DNA from: a virus
Lineage: Duplodnaviria > Caudoviricetes
Direction: 5' to 3' (one strand)
DNA length: 40,229 nucleotides
IMG/VR virus record: IMGVR_UViG_3300037478_000195
Location: 1 to 40,229 of that record
Position 1 is the first letter of the stretch, and each line of letters starts with the position of its first letter. Shown one piece after another: positions 15,346 through 23,516 of this stretch. The notes below the pieces were generated by a model. That model was not told the DNA's origin, made no database searches, and was given only the letters and a program-made list of their open reading frames with translations. The position numbers were made by a program, and so were the translations under genes.

Positions 15346-15770
15346 ACACCGCGGCATCCAGCCTGGACGAGCAGATCAAAGCCGCAATGCGTTCGAGCCT
15401 GATGAACAACAAGGTCGAGGCGGAGCAGTCTGCGAACGTTGACAGCCTCGTGGCCCTCGCCTCAGCGCCAGCCGCTCCCGTGAGCATAGAGCCCGAGCCC
15501 GTCGCCCAGCTGCTGGAGCGCATGCGCAGCTTCGAGGCCGACCACACACCAGACGGCTGGCCCGCGGTGCGCATGCGCGACATCAGTGCGCTGTGTGCAG
15601 AGATCGAGCGGCTGACCGGAGAGCGAGACGAAGCCAGGGCCGACGCGAACGCAGCCATCTTTCTCGTCACAAATCTGCGCTTTGCCTTTGGCGACAACGG
15701 CAAGCGCATGCGGGATGAGCTGATCGAGTATGCGCGGCTTCTGGCGGCCGGGCAGGAGAGTGGGACATGA
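15342..15770 (+). CDS. Hypothetical protein
   Basis: Coupled. Contains DHTPDGWPAVRMRDISALC. Confidence 0.7.
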   Translation: MNTAASSLDEQIKAAMRSSLMNNKVEAEQSANVDSLVALASAPAAPVSIEPEPVAQLLERMRSFEADHTPDGWPAVRMRDISALCAEIERLTGERDEARADANAAIFLVTNLRFAFGDNGKRMRDELIEYARLLAAGQESGT

Positions 15771-16405
15771 CGGCATCCAAAGAACGCCCGATCCTGATGA
15801 GCGCGCCGATGGTGCGCGCGATCCTCGCCGGCACAAAGACGCAGACGCGGCGGGTGGTGAAGGGCGCGCCAGACGACTGGGCCCCTATGCAACCGCAGGT
15901 GTTCTCGCCAACGGTGATTGACCGGCGCGGAGACGAGCAGCCCGGGCCAGACGCGTTCGGCGCGGGCAACGAGGACGGCGACTGCTGGTTGCGCTGCCCC
16001 TACGGCCAGCCCGGCGACCGACTGTGGGTGCGCGAGTCTTTCAGCGGACCACATCATCAGGAGCGCCATCCGCCGCGCGACTGGCACAGCACTGACCCGA
16101 TCCACTGCTGGGCCGACGGCAACCCGGCGAGCGGTGACTGGACAAAGCCGCGCCCCGGGATGTTCATGCCCCGCTGGGCCAGCCGCGTCACGCTCGAAGT
16201 CACGGGCGTGCGCGTAGAGCGGTTGCAGGACATCAGCCGCGGTGACGCCATGGCTGAAGGCTGCCCGTTCCCGAACATGGCGAAAGGCGATGACCCGCGC
16301 CAGTGGTACGCCGATCTGTGGGAGTCGATCAACGGCCCCGGCAGCTGGGAGGCAAACCCTTGGGTGTGGGTTGTGGAATTCCGCGGGCAGGAGAGTGGAG
16401 GCTGA
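15767..16405 (+). CDS. ASCH/PUA-like phage protein
   Basis: MVRAILAGTKTQTRR, PGDRLWVRE, MPRWASR, RVERLQDIS, NPWVWVVEF. Confidence 0.8.
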   Translation: MTASKERPILMSAPMVRAILAGTKTQTRRVVKGAPDDWAPMQPQVFSPTVIDRRGDEQPGPDAFGAGNEDGDCWLRCPYGQPGDRLWVRESFSGPHHQERHPPRDWHSTDPIHCWADGNPASGDWTKPRPGMFMPRWASRVTLEVTGVRVERLQDISRGDAMAEGCPFPNMAKGDDPRQWYADLWESINGPGSWEANPWVWVVEFRGQESGG

Positions 16406-16406
16406 G

Positions 16407-16613
16407 ATGCTGACATTAAGCGTGGCTGAAGTCCGGCAGTTGACGAGCTACAAGATGCCCGACAAACAATGCGATTGGTTGCGATCAAACGGCGTGCCGT
16501 TTCGCGTTGACCACCTGGGACGCCCAATCGTTTGCGCTGCTCACGTTGAGGCATGGGTGCGCGGTGTCGCCATGCGGCCATCGTCGGGGGCGCTGCTTGA
16601 GAATGTCCGCTAA
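16407..16613 (+). CDS. xis: DUF4224-type excisionase / recombination directionality factor
   Basis: LSVAEVRQLT...QCDWLRSNGVPFRV..GRPIV, coupled to the integrase (TAATG). Confidence 0.75.
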   Translation: MLTLSVAEVRQLTSYKMPDKQCDWLRSNGVPFRVDHLGRPIVCAAHVEAWVRGVAMRPSSGALLENVR

Positions 16614-17638
16614 TGCCGCGCAAATCTAAGTACCCCCGGCTGCGCGTTCATGTTCGCAAGGGCAAAGCGGGGCAAGTCTGGACAAGCTACTACTACGACT
16701 GCCGCGCAGATGGCCTGCCCGACGAACCGCTTGGCAACGATTACGAGTTGGCGCTGAAAAAATGGGATGAGCTGCACAACCAAAAGCCCCGCATCATCGG
16801 CACCTGCCAAGAGGCATTCGATGCTTGGGAGAAGGAGGTTCTGCCAACATACACCAGCGATGAAACACGCAAGGGCTACGCGCGCAGCCTCAAGTTCCTG
16901 CGGCCGGTGTTCAACACGGCCACATGGGACAGCATCACGTTCCCGGTGCTAAAGAAGTACCTAAAGAAGCGCACCGCCAAGACCCAGGGCAACCGGGAGA
17001 TGGCGCTGTTTTCAATCATCTGGCGCTGGGCGTTTGGCGAGGGGTATACGGCCCTACCTTGGCCGGCAGCAGGCATGGAGAGAAGCAAATGGAAGAACAA
17101 GGAGACGCCTCGGGAGTTCGAGGTTACCGATGCCCTTTTTGCGGCAGTACATTCAGCAGCAGTTCAGCCGCTGAAGGACGCGATGGACTTAGCGAGCGCG
17201 ACCGGGCTTCGTTTGACCGATGTCAGGCTTTGCACAATGCCATCTGGTGCGGAGGGCCGTGGCCTGATGGTGTCAGCCAGCAAGACTGGCAAGCGGGTGG
17301 AGTTCGAGATCGAGGCTGGCTCGGTCTTGGCTTCTTTGGTCTCTAGGCGAAAAGCAATCAAGGCAAGTCATCTGATGCTTCTCAGCACGCCAACGGGACG
17401 CCCGGTGTCAGCTCGCATGCTGCGCGACTGGTGGGATGAAGCCCGCGAAGCAGCAGCCAAGAAGCACCCCGAACTTGCTGACCAACTCCGCGCGATGTAC
17501 CTGCGCGACATGCGCAAGAGGGCGGCCGATCTGGCGGGCGACTTGACCGAAGCATCCAAGCTCTTGCAGCACAGCAGCGAAGCCATCACGGCTGCGCATT
17601 ACAGAACCAAGGCGGTGAAGGTGAGGCCAGTTAGATGA
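16613..17638 (+). CDS. int: Tyrosine recombinase (phage integrase)
   Basis: TGLR (R), SKTGK (K), LRDMR (HxxR box with H replaced by R), LQH (H), HY (Y). Adjacent to attP. Confidence 0.93.
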   Translation: MPRKSKYPRLRVHVRKGKAGQVWTSYYYDCRADGLPDEPLGNDYELALKKWDELHNQKPRIIGTCQEAFDAWEKEVLPTYTSDETRKGYARSLKFLRPVFNTATWDSITFPVLKKYLKKRTAKTQGNREMALFSIIWRWAFGEGYTALPWPAAGMERSKWKNKETPREFEVTDALFAAVHSAAVQPLKDAMDLASATGLRLTDVRLCTMPSGAEGRGLMVSASKTGKRVEFEIEAGSVLASLVSRRKAIKASHLMLLSTPTGRPVSARMLRDWWDEAREAAAKKHPELADQLRAMYLRDMRKRAADLAGDLTEASKLLQHSSEAITAAHYRTKAVKVRPVR

Positions 17639-17922
17639 GCAACGTTCCTGCATTCATTGCACGCTTGCGGGTCATTGCAGCAGCGCTCGAAGAGAATTCG
17701 CCACACGCCAAGCAACGCGCTATTTTCGCCCTCCGCGCGGCTGCCGCGCGCATCGAAGTAGACAACCGGAGCACGCAGGACAAAGACAACGCCTCCGAGC
17801 CCGAGAGCTTCGGAGGCGTTGAATCCGGCGTGTACTTTGCCGGCAAGCCCCAGGGAGGGGAGACCCGGGAGCGACCAAATGGCGAAGCACTTGGTGAAGA
17901 AGTGGGGCCGAGTTTACAGTAG
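17635..17922 (+). CDS. Hypothetical protein between int and attP
   Basis: ATGA overlap with the int stop, 95 aa. Confidence 0.5.
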   Translation: MSNVPAFIARLRVIAAALEENSPHAKQRAIFALRAAAARIEVDNRSTQDKDNASEPESFGGVESGVYFAGKPQGGETRERPNGEALGEEVGPSLQ

Positions 17923-17925
17923 CGG

Positions 17926-18128
17926 TTGCGGAAGCGGTTGCGGAAACTATGCGGAAACGATGAGGCCCTGAAGCGGGGGTGGTGCCTCGGGTCGGAATCG
18001 AACCGACACTCCTTGCGGAACGGGATTTTGAGTCCCATATCGTTTTGAGCACTGGCGGGGCTTTGCTGGCGATTACTTCCGCAACGATACACGAAACCTC
18101 TCCTATGAGAACCTTTGGTTGCGGAAGC
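17926..18128. repeat. Integrase arm-type binding repeats flanking the attP core
   Basis: TTGCGGAAG 17926, TTGCGGAAA 17938, ATGCGGAAA 17949, inverted CTTCCGCAAC 18076-18085, GGTTGCGGAAGC 18117-18128. Confidence 0.75.
17980..18035 (-). other. attP core: 3' half of tRNA-Leu(CAA)
   Basis: Minus strand GGACTCAAAATCCCGTTCCGCAAGGAGTGTCGGTTCGATTCCGACCCGAGGCACCA contains the anticodon loop CAA, long variable arm, T-loop and CCA end. No 5' half is present. Confidence 0.9.
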
Positions 18129-18141
18129 GAAACCGCACCAA

Positions 18142-18576
18142 TCACTGACCCGCGCCTATGGCCTCTCGCTTCTGGCAGGCGTGGAGTTCAACCTGAAGAC
18201 TTCTAGCGAAGGCGCCGTACCCCTCAAGAAATCTTGCATCAGGATTTGCAAGTTCGGCCCCAGTGGCACCGGCGCAGGAGGCGCGGGAGGTTTCGGGCAG
18301 ACGGTCGGCGCGCTTGCGCAGCTCGCTAGCAAAACGGTCGCGCTCAGCAGCCACTTGTCGAATCTGGTCGTCTTTTTCATCACGAATCCTTGATGTGTCG
18401 ATTTGCTGCGCGCGCTCTTTGAGCCTTGCGGACTCCATGTCTGTTGCGCGCTTCTCTGCCGCATCAAGCTCAATGCCTCGGATGCGATAGGTCTGCACTC
18501 CTGCGGCAGTCCAGCCGGCAGCGGCAAGAGCCAGTGCGCCGGCCATGACGTAGCTTTTGATGGACGGGGGGATCAT
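18142..18576 (-). CDS. Rz: Inner-membrane spanin (Rz-like)
   Basis: N-terminal TM helix, coiled coil, two Cys, coupled to the endolysin stop. Confidence 0.8.
   Translation of the reverse strand: MIPPSIKSYVMAGALALAAAGWTAAGVQTYRIRGIELDAAEKRATDMESARLKERAQQIDTSRIRDEKDDQIRQVAAERDRFASELRKRADRLPETSRASCAGATGAELANPDARFLEGYGAFARSLQVELHACQKREAIGAGQ
18156..18380 (-). CDS. Rz1: Outer-membrane lipoprotein spanin (Rz1-like), embedded in Rz in another frame
   Basis: MKKTTRFDKWLLSATVLLAS-C lipobox, Pro-rich PKPPAPPAPVP. Confidence 0.8.
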   Translation of the reverse strand: MKKTTRFDKWLLSATVLLASCASAPTVCPKPPAPPAPVPLGPNLQILMQDFLRGTAPSLEVFRLNSTPARSERP

Positions 18577-18998
18577 TGCCACGTGTCCGTGAGCATTTGT
18601 CGCGACAGGCGCTTGGCCCGCTCCGGCGTTTGCTCCGCCCATTTGCTCTTCAGCATGGCGTCAGCAGCCTTCGCATACTCGCCTTGTTCAATCATCACGA
18701 GGGTGTTTTTGAAGCCCAGCAGCCCGTTTATGCCAAGCTGAAATGCCATGTTCTGCAGGGCTCCCCGCCTTGCCGGGCTGAGCGTCACAACCCACGGGAG
18801 GCGCTCTTGTAGTTGGCGGTCAACCTTGGCTATGTCGTTGCGAAGCAGGTAGGCGGATTCCTCACGCGTGATGCCGCCGCCCTTGCGTGAGTCGATCAAG
18901 CGGCCTATGCCTATAGTGAGCCAGCCCAGCGAGTCCGCGTAGGCGCTCAGGCGCTCGCCTTCATCTCTGCGTAGCTGTACTGTGAGTTCGTCGTACAT
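18573..18998 (-). CDS. Endolysin, T4-lysozyme-like (GH24)
   Basis: DEG...Y.DSLG..TIGIG (E-D-T triad), NMAFQLG, SKWAEQTPERA. Confidence 0.92.
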   Translation of the reverse strand: MYDELTVQLRRDEGERLSAYADSLGWLTIGIGRLIDSRKGGGITREESAYLLRNDIAKVDRQLQERLPWVVTLSPARRGALQNMAFQLGINGLLGFKNTLVMIEQGEYAKAADAMLKSKWAEQTPERAKRLSRQMLTDTWQ

Positions 18999-19186
18999 GG
19001 AACCTCCAATCCGTACTGCCGGCACAATTCGGCCGCCCTAAAGCTCTGGAGCAAAACGGCATCGGTGACCATCCTTACGTAGTGCTCCGCCTCGGCACGG
19101 CCTTGCTCCATCAGCCGGTCCGCCATCCTGTCGGCACTCGGGAAGTCAACCGCCGCCCTGCCGCCAGAGTCGCGGGTAACCTTCAT
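18947..19186 (-). CDS. Hypothetical protein
   Basis: ATGA-coupled to the upstream gene, overlaps the endolysin start by 52 nt. Confidence 0.45.
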   Translation of the reverse strand: MKVTRDSGGRAAVDFPSADRMADRLMEQGRAEAEHYVRMVTDAVLLQSFRAAELCRQYGLEVPCTTNSQYSYAEMKASA

Positions 19187-19797
19187 GCCGGCACCTTCAC
19201 GCAGATCGTCACCCGGTCGTTTCTGGCCTTCTCCATCGTGGTGCCGAATGGCAGGTAGAAGACTTCGTTGCCATCTTCAATCTGCATCTTTCCGCCCACG
19301 TCGGGCCAGCACTGGACGCCCACGGGGGCGCCACTTGTCTTGGCGCCGAGCACCAGCGTCGTCGGATTGATGGCCCACCACTGTCGGGTGGCATAGCTAC
19401 CGTTCGGCGCCACGACCCACTTCATCGGGATCGGTGGCTCGCTGCTGTAGATGAGGCTCTGCGCCGGCTGCCAGATGGGCAGCACGCGTGCATCGTTCGG
19501 GTCTTGCGGCAATGCCGGGTTGCGCGCCGCAAACGCAGCGATGGCCGCGCCGTAGTTCTCAGCGTTGAGCACGGTTGCGTAGTCAGATGCGACCGATGCG
19601 GCATCTAGTGCTCGGATGGCTGAGATATAGAGCTTGTACTTGCCGCTCTCCATGCACCAGTAAGACCACCACAGGCCCGGGCTGGATGGGTTGATGTTCA
19701 TGCCCAAGCGCAGGTTTTTGCCTGCCTTGGGGCCGCAGTCTGTCGCCTGGGCGGTGGCGGCAATCAGCAGCAATAGTGAGACGAATAGGCGCTTCAT
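19183..19797 (-). CDS. Secreted protein of unknown function in the lysis cassette
   Basis: Signal peptide MKRLFVSLLLLIAATAQA, four Cys, coupled at both ends. Confidence 0.7.
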   Translation of the reverse strand: MKRLFVSLLLLIAATAQATDCGPKAGKNLRLGMNINPSSPGLWWSYWCMESGKYKLYISAIRALDAASVASDYATVLNAENYGAAIAAFAARNPALPQDPNDARVLPIWQPAQSLIYSSEPPIPMKWVVAPNGSYATRQWWAINPTTLVLGAKTSGAPVGVQCWPDVGGKMQIEDGNEVFYLPFGTTMEKARNDRVTICVKVPA

Positions 19798-20087
19798 GAA
19801 AACATCCTTCGCATGTTCTTGGAAAAGTGTTCTGGTACGCCGTCTTTCCAGGTGGAGTAGCTGACGAATATCCACACGATGGCGCTCAAGAGGGCCGCGA
19901 TGTCACCTGGGGAGACATGCCCATTCCATGCGTCGTACCCCGCCCAGATGCTGGATACGGCAGGCCCCGCATGCAGGAGAATCGCGGACGCCCTGTGAGA
20001 GCCGATCCGCAGCATGTTCAGGCGGCACACGTAGGCCAGCACCGTAGGGATCGCCGCCGAAAGAACGATGAGGTCAAGGATGCTCAT
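19794..20087 (-). CDS. Multi-TM membrane protein, putative holin/antiholin
   Basis: Three hydrophobic segments, YVCRLN...H motif, W.DGVPEHF tail, in the lysis cassette. Confidence 0.65.
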   Translation of the reverse strand: MSILDLIVLSAAIPTVLAYVCRLNMLRIGSHRASAILLHAGPAVSSIWAGYDAWNGHVSPGDIAALLSAIVWIFVSYSTWKDGVPEHFSKNMRRMFS

Positions 20088-20455
20088 GCATGCCCCCCGA
20101 ATAGGCGCTGAACCCTCTCCGCGCCCCACGTGACTATCCCGGGTATCGTCCCGATGACCGCGGCAAGCAACGGGTGGAAAACGGCACCGAGAAGAACAGA
20201 AATGCTGTTTCGTGCGAGCGCAGATCCGCCGAAGAAGTGGTCTGATGCCATCGTTCCCCACAGTGCGCAGGCAAGAGTGGCCGCAAGGAACAGGAACACG
20301 GTATAGAGCCGGCTTGCCGGCTTAGCTAGAGTGACCCCCAGCACGCACCCCACCAGGCTCCACACGATGGCCTGCGGTTCTACGCCGAGCAGCGCCACGA
20401 AGAGGGCGCTCGACCCGGTAATGGCGGCCTGCGCCGTGATATCAGCTGCGCTCAT
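20084..20455 (-). CDS. Putative holin
   Basis: Three to four TM segments, first gene of the lysis cassette. Confidence 0.65.
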   Translation of the reverse strand: MSAADITAQAAITGSSALFVALLGVEPQAIVWSLVGCVLGVTLAKPASRLYTVFLFLAATLACALWGTMASDHFFGGSALARNSISVLLGAVFHPLLAAVIGTIPGIVTWGAERVQRLFGGHA

Positions 20456-20458
20456 TGT

Positions 20459-22543
20459 TTAGACCTTGTAGCTTCCCGTAATGACGCGATCCAGCCCATC
20501 GGCCGCCCACGTCGGCGGGAAGATGCGCCCAGCCGATGCGGTGGAGACGAGAGCTGACCCCTGATCCACGCCGGTCGTTGTCACGCAAGAGGCGGCGGAG
20601 TTTTCAAACGGGTCGTAGGGCAACCCCTCAAAGTAAGTCGTCCCGGCCGTGCTGGCTGTCGTGCCGCCGTTTGCCGTGATGCGCAGCGTGAAGTGCACAC
20701 GGTCCATGAAGCGGGTGAATGTCAACGAATACTGAGGCGACCCGGTAACTGTCAGGCTTGTCGGCGTCACCGTCGGAGAACCCGCATTAACACCCGTGTA
20801 GTCAGTCGCCCCAACGGCAGCCACCCGGCCCCACTGGTCGTTTACGGTGATGCCGGAATAAATGCCGGTTCCAGGGAAGGTTCCGATCACATCTGCGGAA
20901 ACCTTTTGTAGGCGGGTGCCGACAATGGTGAGGCTTCCTGAGCCCTCGCCGGCCGCGTCAGACTTGAAAATAGAGATGCCGGAGTGTGTTGCGTTCTCCG
21001 TATCTATTGACCCGCCCGCAAACGTGATGCTGCACGCCTTCGAGAAATCGAAAGCGGGGACCGTGCGCGTACCTTTGACGGTGATCTGGCAGCCGTGAAC
21101 GCTGAGGGTAGACAAAACACTCGCGTAGCCGGCCTGACCTGACTGCTGTCGGATGACGTAGGCGGCTGCGTCAGTGCCGGTCTCAAGGTGGAGGCCGTGA
21201 AGCTCAAGCGTGCCGGCAAGATGGTAGATGTAGTTCTCTGTCATCCCCTCAAGATTGCCGCCCTTGACGATGACGTGGACCTGTGGATTCTGGATGTCAA
21301 GGCCGGTAACCCCGCCATTCCAAAAGCAGTCCTCGTAGGAGAACATTGAGCCCGCCGCGCCGCTGACGGCCAACGGGAGGTACAGGTTCCGTGTGTTCCA
21401 GAGGAGGTTGCACTTCCTCCAAGTGATCGCCTGGGCGTTAGCGTCAGTCTTGGCTTGGATCGCCTCAGTGAAATTCTGGAACACGCTGTTCCTGATTTCG
21501 TATCCTGTCACGACGGTGGATGTTCCGCCGGCAATAAGTAGGCCGTTTCTTGTGACCGCTGGCGGAGATGTCGAGCCGGCGCCTTGCAGGCCCTTGAAAA
21601 TTATTCCCTGAATGAAATTGGGTGCAGCATAGAAACTGCCGCCCCCCACCAGGTCTTCGTCTGCGTTGAGCGTGAGCCCAAAATCTGCAGCGTCGAGGTT
21701 CGCGTAATCAATGGTCGTCTTCTGGCCGATGAGCGTGTGCACGCTGACATCGCCCGCAAGCCCTTCGTCGCAGCGGTATTTGCGTCCAGGAAGCAGCCTG
21801 AGAATTCCATTCCTGCCGCTCTGTGTGATAGCGGAAAGTGCCTTTGCGAGCGCGGCGGAGTTGTCCGTTCCTCCACCTATTCCGTCACCGTCGCCGGTGA
21901 CACCGAACCACTCAGCTTTGTATTCTGGTGCGCCATTGAGGATCGGTACGCCTGCGCCATCAAATGCCATCCTGGGTTGGCACTTGAATGGCCCAGAGAA
22001 AGTAAGCACCTTGCCGCTCGCCACTGTGACCACTGCAGCGTTATCGACCACAACGCCGGCTGTTGATGGAACTGTCAGATCATCAGAAACAGTGATGGAG
22101 TCTCGAACCACAATATCGGCGGCTGTGCTGCCCAGCCCAGACACCGCCGCCGCAAGGGTGGAGTAGCGCGTTAACTCGCCATCGACGATGGTTGTGATGG
22201 CGCCCCAGCCAATCAGCGCATCCCCCTTCGTCGCATCTGATGTGTTGGCTAGGTCTGCGCGGATGCCGGCTGGTTCTGGCGTTTCAAGTCTCTCCGGCCC
22301 CCATATCGTCGCGTCGCTTGCGTCCTTCAGCGTAACGTCATAGGCGCCATCCCAATACACGGACATTTCGCCACGCGCGTCTGCGATGACGGGGTTTGTG
22401 TTTGCTACGCTGGCTGCGCTGGTGGTGTACGTTGCCTTTGGCGTACTTGTGCCCGGCACGTGGGTATGGAGCTTATAGCCGACCCCGGGCGCCCCGGTTG
22501 CTGTGGTGAAGCTTTGCTTGCCCTCCGGTAGTGCGACGGCCAT
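20459..22543 (-). CDS. Tailspike / receptor-binding protein with right-handed beta-helix (probable depolymerase)
   Basis: N-terminal anchor domain, then WFGVTGDG...TDNSAALAKAL...LLPGRKY pectin-lyase-like cap, then beta-helix-type repeats. Confidence 0.85.
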   Translation of the reverse strand: MAVALPEGKQSFTTATGAPGVGYKLHTHVPGTSTPKATYTTSAASVANTNPVIADARGEMSVYWDGAYDVTLKDASDATIWGPERLETPEPAGIRADLANTSDATKGDALIGWGAITTIVDGELTRYSTLAAAVSGLGSTAADIVVRDSITVSDDLTVPSTAGVVVDNAAVVTVASGKVLTFSGPFKCQPRMAFDGAGVPILNGAPEYKAEWFGVTGDGDGIGGGTDNSAALAKALSAITQSGRNGILRLLPGRKYRCDEGLAGDVSVHTLIGQKTTIDYANLDAADFGLTLNADEDLVGGGSFYAAPNFIQGIIFKGLQGAGSTSPPAVTRNGLLIAGGTSTVVTGYEIRNSVFQNFTEAIQAKTDANAQAITWRKCNLLWNTRNLYLPLAVSGAAGSMFSYEDCFWNGGVTGLDIQNPQVHVIVKGGNLEGMTENYIYHLAGTLELHGLHLETGTDAAAYVIRQQSGQAGYASVLSTLSVHGCQITVKGTRTVPAFDFSKACSITFAGGSIDTENATHSGISIFKSDAAGEGSGSLTIVGTRLQKVSADVIGTFPGTGIYSGITVNDQWGRVAAVGATDYTGVNAGSPTVTPTSLTVTGSPQYSLTFTRFMDRVHFTLRITANGGTTASTAGTTYFEGLPYDPFENSAASCVTTTGVDQGSALVSTASAGRIFPPTWAADGLDRVITGSYKV

Positions 22544-23443
22544 CTACAGCACCCTGTACGAGAAGGAGAAGGAGAAGGCAAAGTTCACCCCGGATGCTGG
22601 CGATGTGAACTTCAGGGCCGCGCGATCATTCGCCGCATCGCCGCGAATCGCTCCGTACGCCTGTGGCACGAGCCCTAGTGACCCAGTGGTTGCGGCGGTG
22701 CCTGCGCAGTTGGCCTCGGCCGCAAAGCTAGAGGCAATCGGCAGGGAAATGCCAAGTTCTGTCGTCCCGGTAGCGGTGGTGCCAATGTCACATGAGCCGA
22801 ACACGGTCACCACATCGCCCGAGCGAGTCCATGGGCAAACGGCAGCCGTTGAGCTGGAAACGTTCGTTACCGACGTCTGCGTTGGTGTGTAGGCGCCGCT
22901 AGCAAGCTTCCCGCTCGGTGTTTCGTCGAACGTGACCACGCCTTCAAATGTGTGGCTCCCGGAGTGTGTCGGGTTGTTGCTCCACGTCACCGCGTTTGGC
23001 GCGATGATCAGTGTGTCAGTGGAGGCATTGCCAAGGGTGGCGTTGCCGTTCACTGTCACGTTATTCGTGAACGTGTGGTTCCCGCTGTGCGTTGGATTCC
23101 CGCTCCACGTCACCGCAGTACTCGTGACCGTCAGCGTGCCGGCTAGTGTGGCGTTGGTGAGCGTGCCGTTTACCGTGGCATCGCTGGCCCTGATTGGCCC
23201 CCAGCTCTGTACCTCGTCTGCGTCGGTCAGAGTGACATCAGTGTCTCCGCTGATGAAGATCGTGGCTTCACCAGCGGCATCCAGAATCACAGGGTTCGCA
23301 TTCGGCGTACCAAGCGTGTGGTCGGTGTAGGTGTCCTTTGGCGTGCTGGTGCCGGGGACGTAGGCGAACACCTTCCCCCCGACAAGCGGCAGGTTGTCGT
23401 CTCCTACCGCCCTGAAGCGCGAATAAGGAATCAGCTGCGCCAT
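22544..23443 (-). CDS. Second tail fibre/adhesin with the same N-terminal anchor domain
   Basis: VPGTSTPK.TYT...NPVI.DA.GE...WGP shared with 20459..22543. VTWS.NPTHSG.HTF occurs twice. Confidence 0.8.
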   Translation of the reverse strand: MAQLIPYSRFRAVGDDNLPLVGGKVFAYVPGTSTPKDTYTDHTLGTPNANPVILDAAGEATIFISGDTDVTLTDADEVQSWGPIRASDATVNGTLTNATLAGTLTVTSTAVTWSGNPTHSGNHTFTNNVTVNGNATLGNASTDTLIIAPNAVTWSNNPTHSGSHTFEGVVTFDETPSGKLASGAYTPTQTSVTNVSSSTAAVCPWTRSGDVVTVFGSCDIGTTATGTTELGISLPIASSFAAEANCAGTAATTGSLGLVPQAYGAIRGDAANDRAALKFTSPASGVNFAFSFSFSYRVL

Positions 23444-23445
23444 AA

Positions 23446-23457
23446 GTGAGTGCTCAC
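23446..23457. promoter_or_regulatory. Late-module palindrome copy (GTGAGTGCTCAC)
   Basis: Immediately upstream of the tail gene start, with related copies at 33104, 33135, 37583 and 39862. Confidence 0.55.
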
Positions 23458-23516
23458 ATCTTTGTGAGACTGATTATGGCTCAAGGAGGCCGGTTTGTGC
23501 CGGCTAGAATTGGCCC

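Noticed and set aside
6888-16105. Long minus-strand ORFs such as 6888..7787, 8484..9191, 12783..13595 and 15215..16105
   Set aside because: They are antisense shadows of a tightly coupled plus-strand operon in GC-rich DNA and have no motifs.
16613-17638. Integrase as an integron IntI acting on the attC-like site
   Set aside because: I see no IntI-specific insertion, it is paired with a DUF4224 xis, and it has its own tRNA attP with arm sites.
17921-17960. CRISPR-like or microsatellite repeat (GCGGTTGCGGAA)
   Set aside because: Units are 9-12 bp with no spacers and flank attP, so they are better explained as integrase arm sites.
17980-18035. Intact phage tRNA-Leu gene
   Set aside because: The D-arm and 5' acceptor strand are absent, so it is the attP core.
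22544-22546. Genome-wide TAG recoding
   Set aside because: terL, cI and other genes end at TAG at sensible lengths, and core genes are not fragmented under the standard code.
20459-23443. Diversity-generating retroelement or invertible tail-fibre switch
   Set aside because: No reverse transcriptase or invertase, no near-identical TR/VR pair or inverted crossover sites seen, and both genes are on the same strand.
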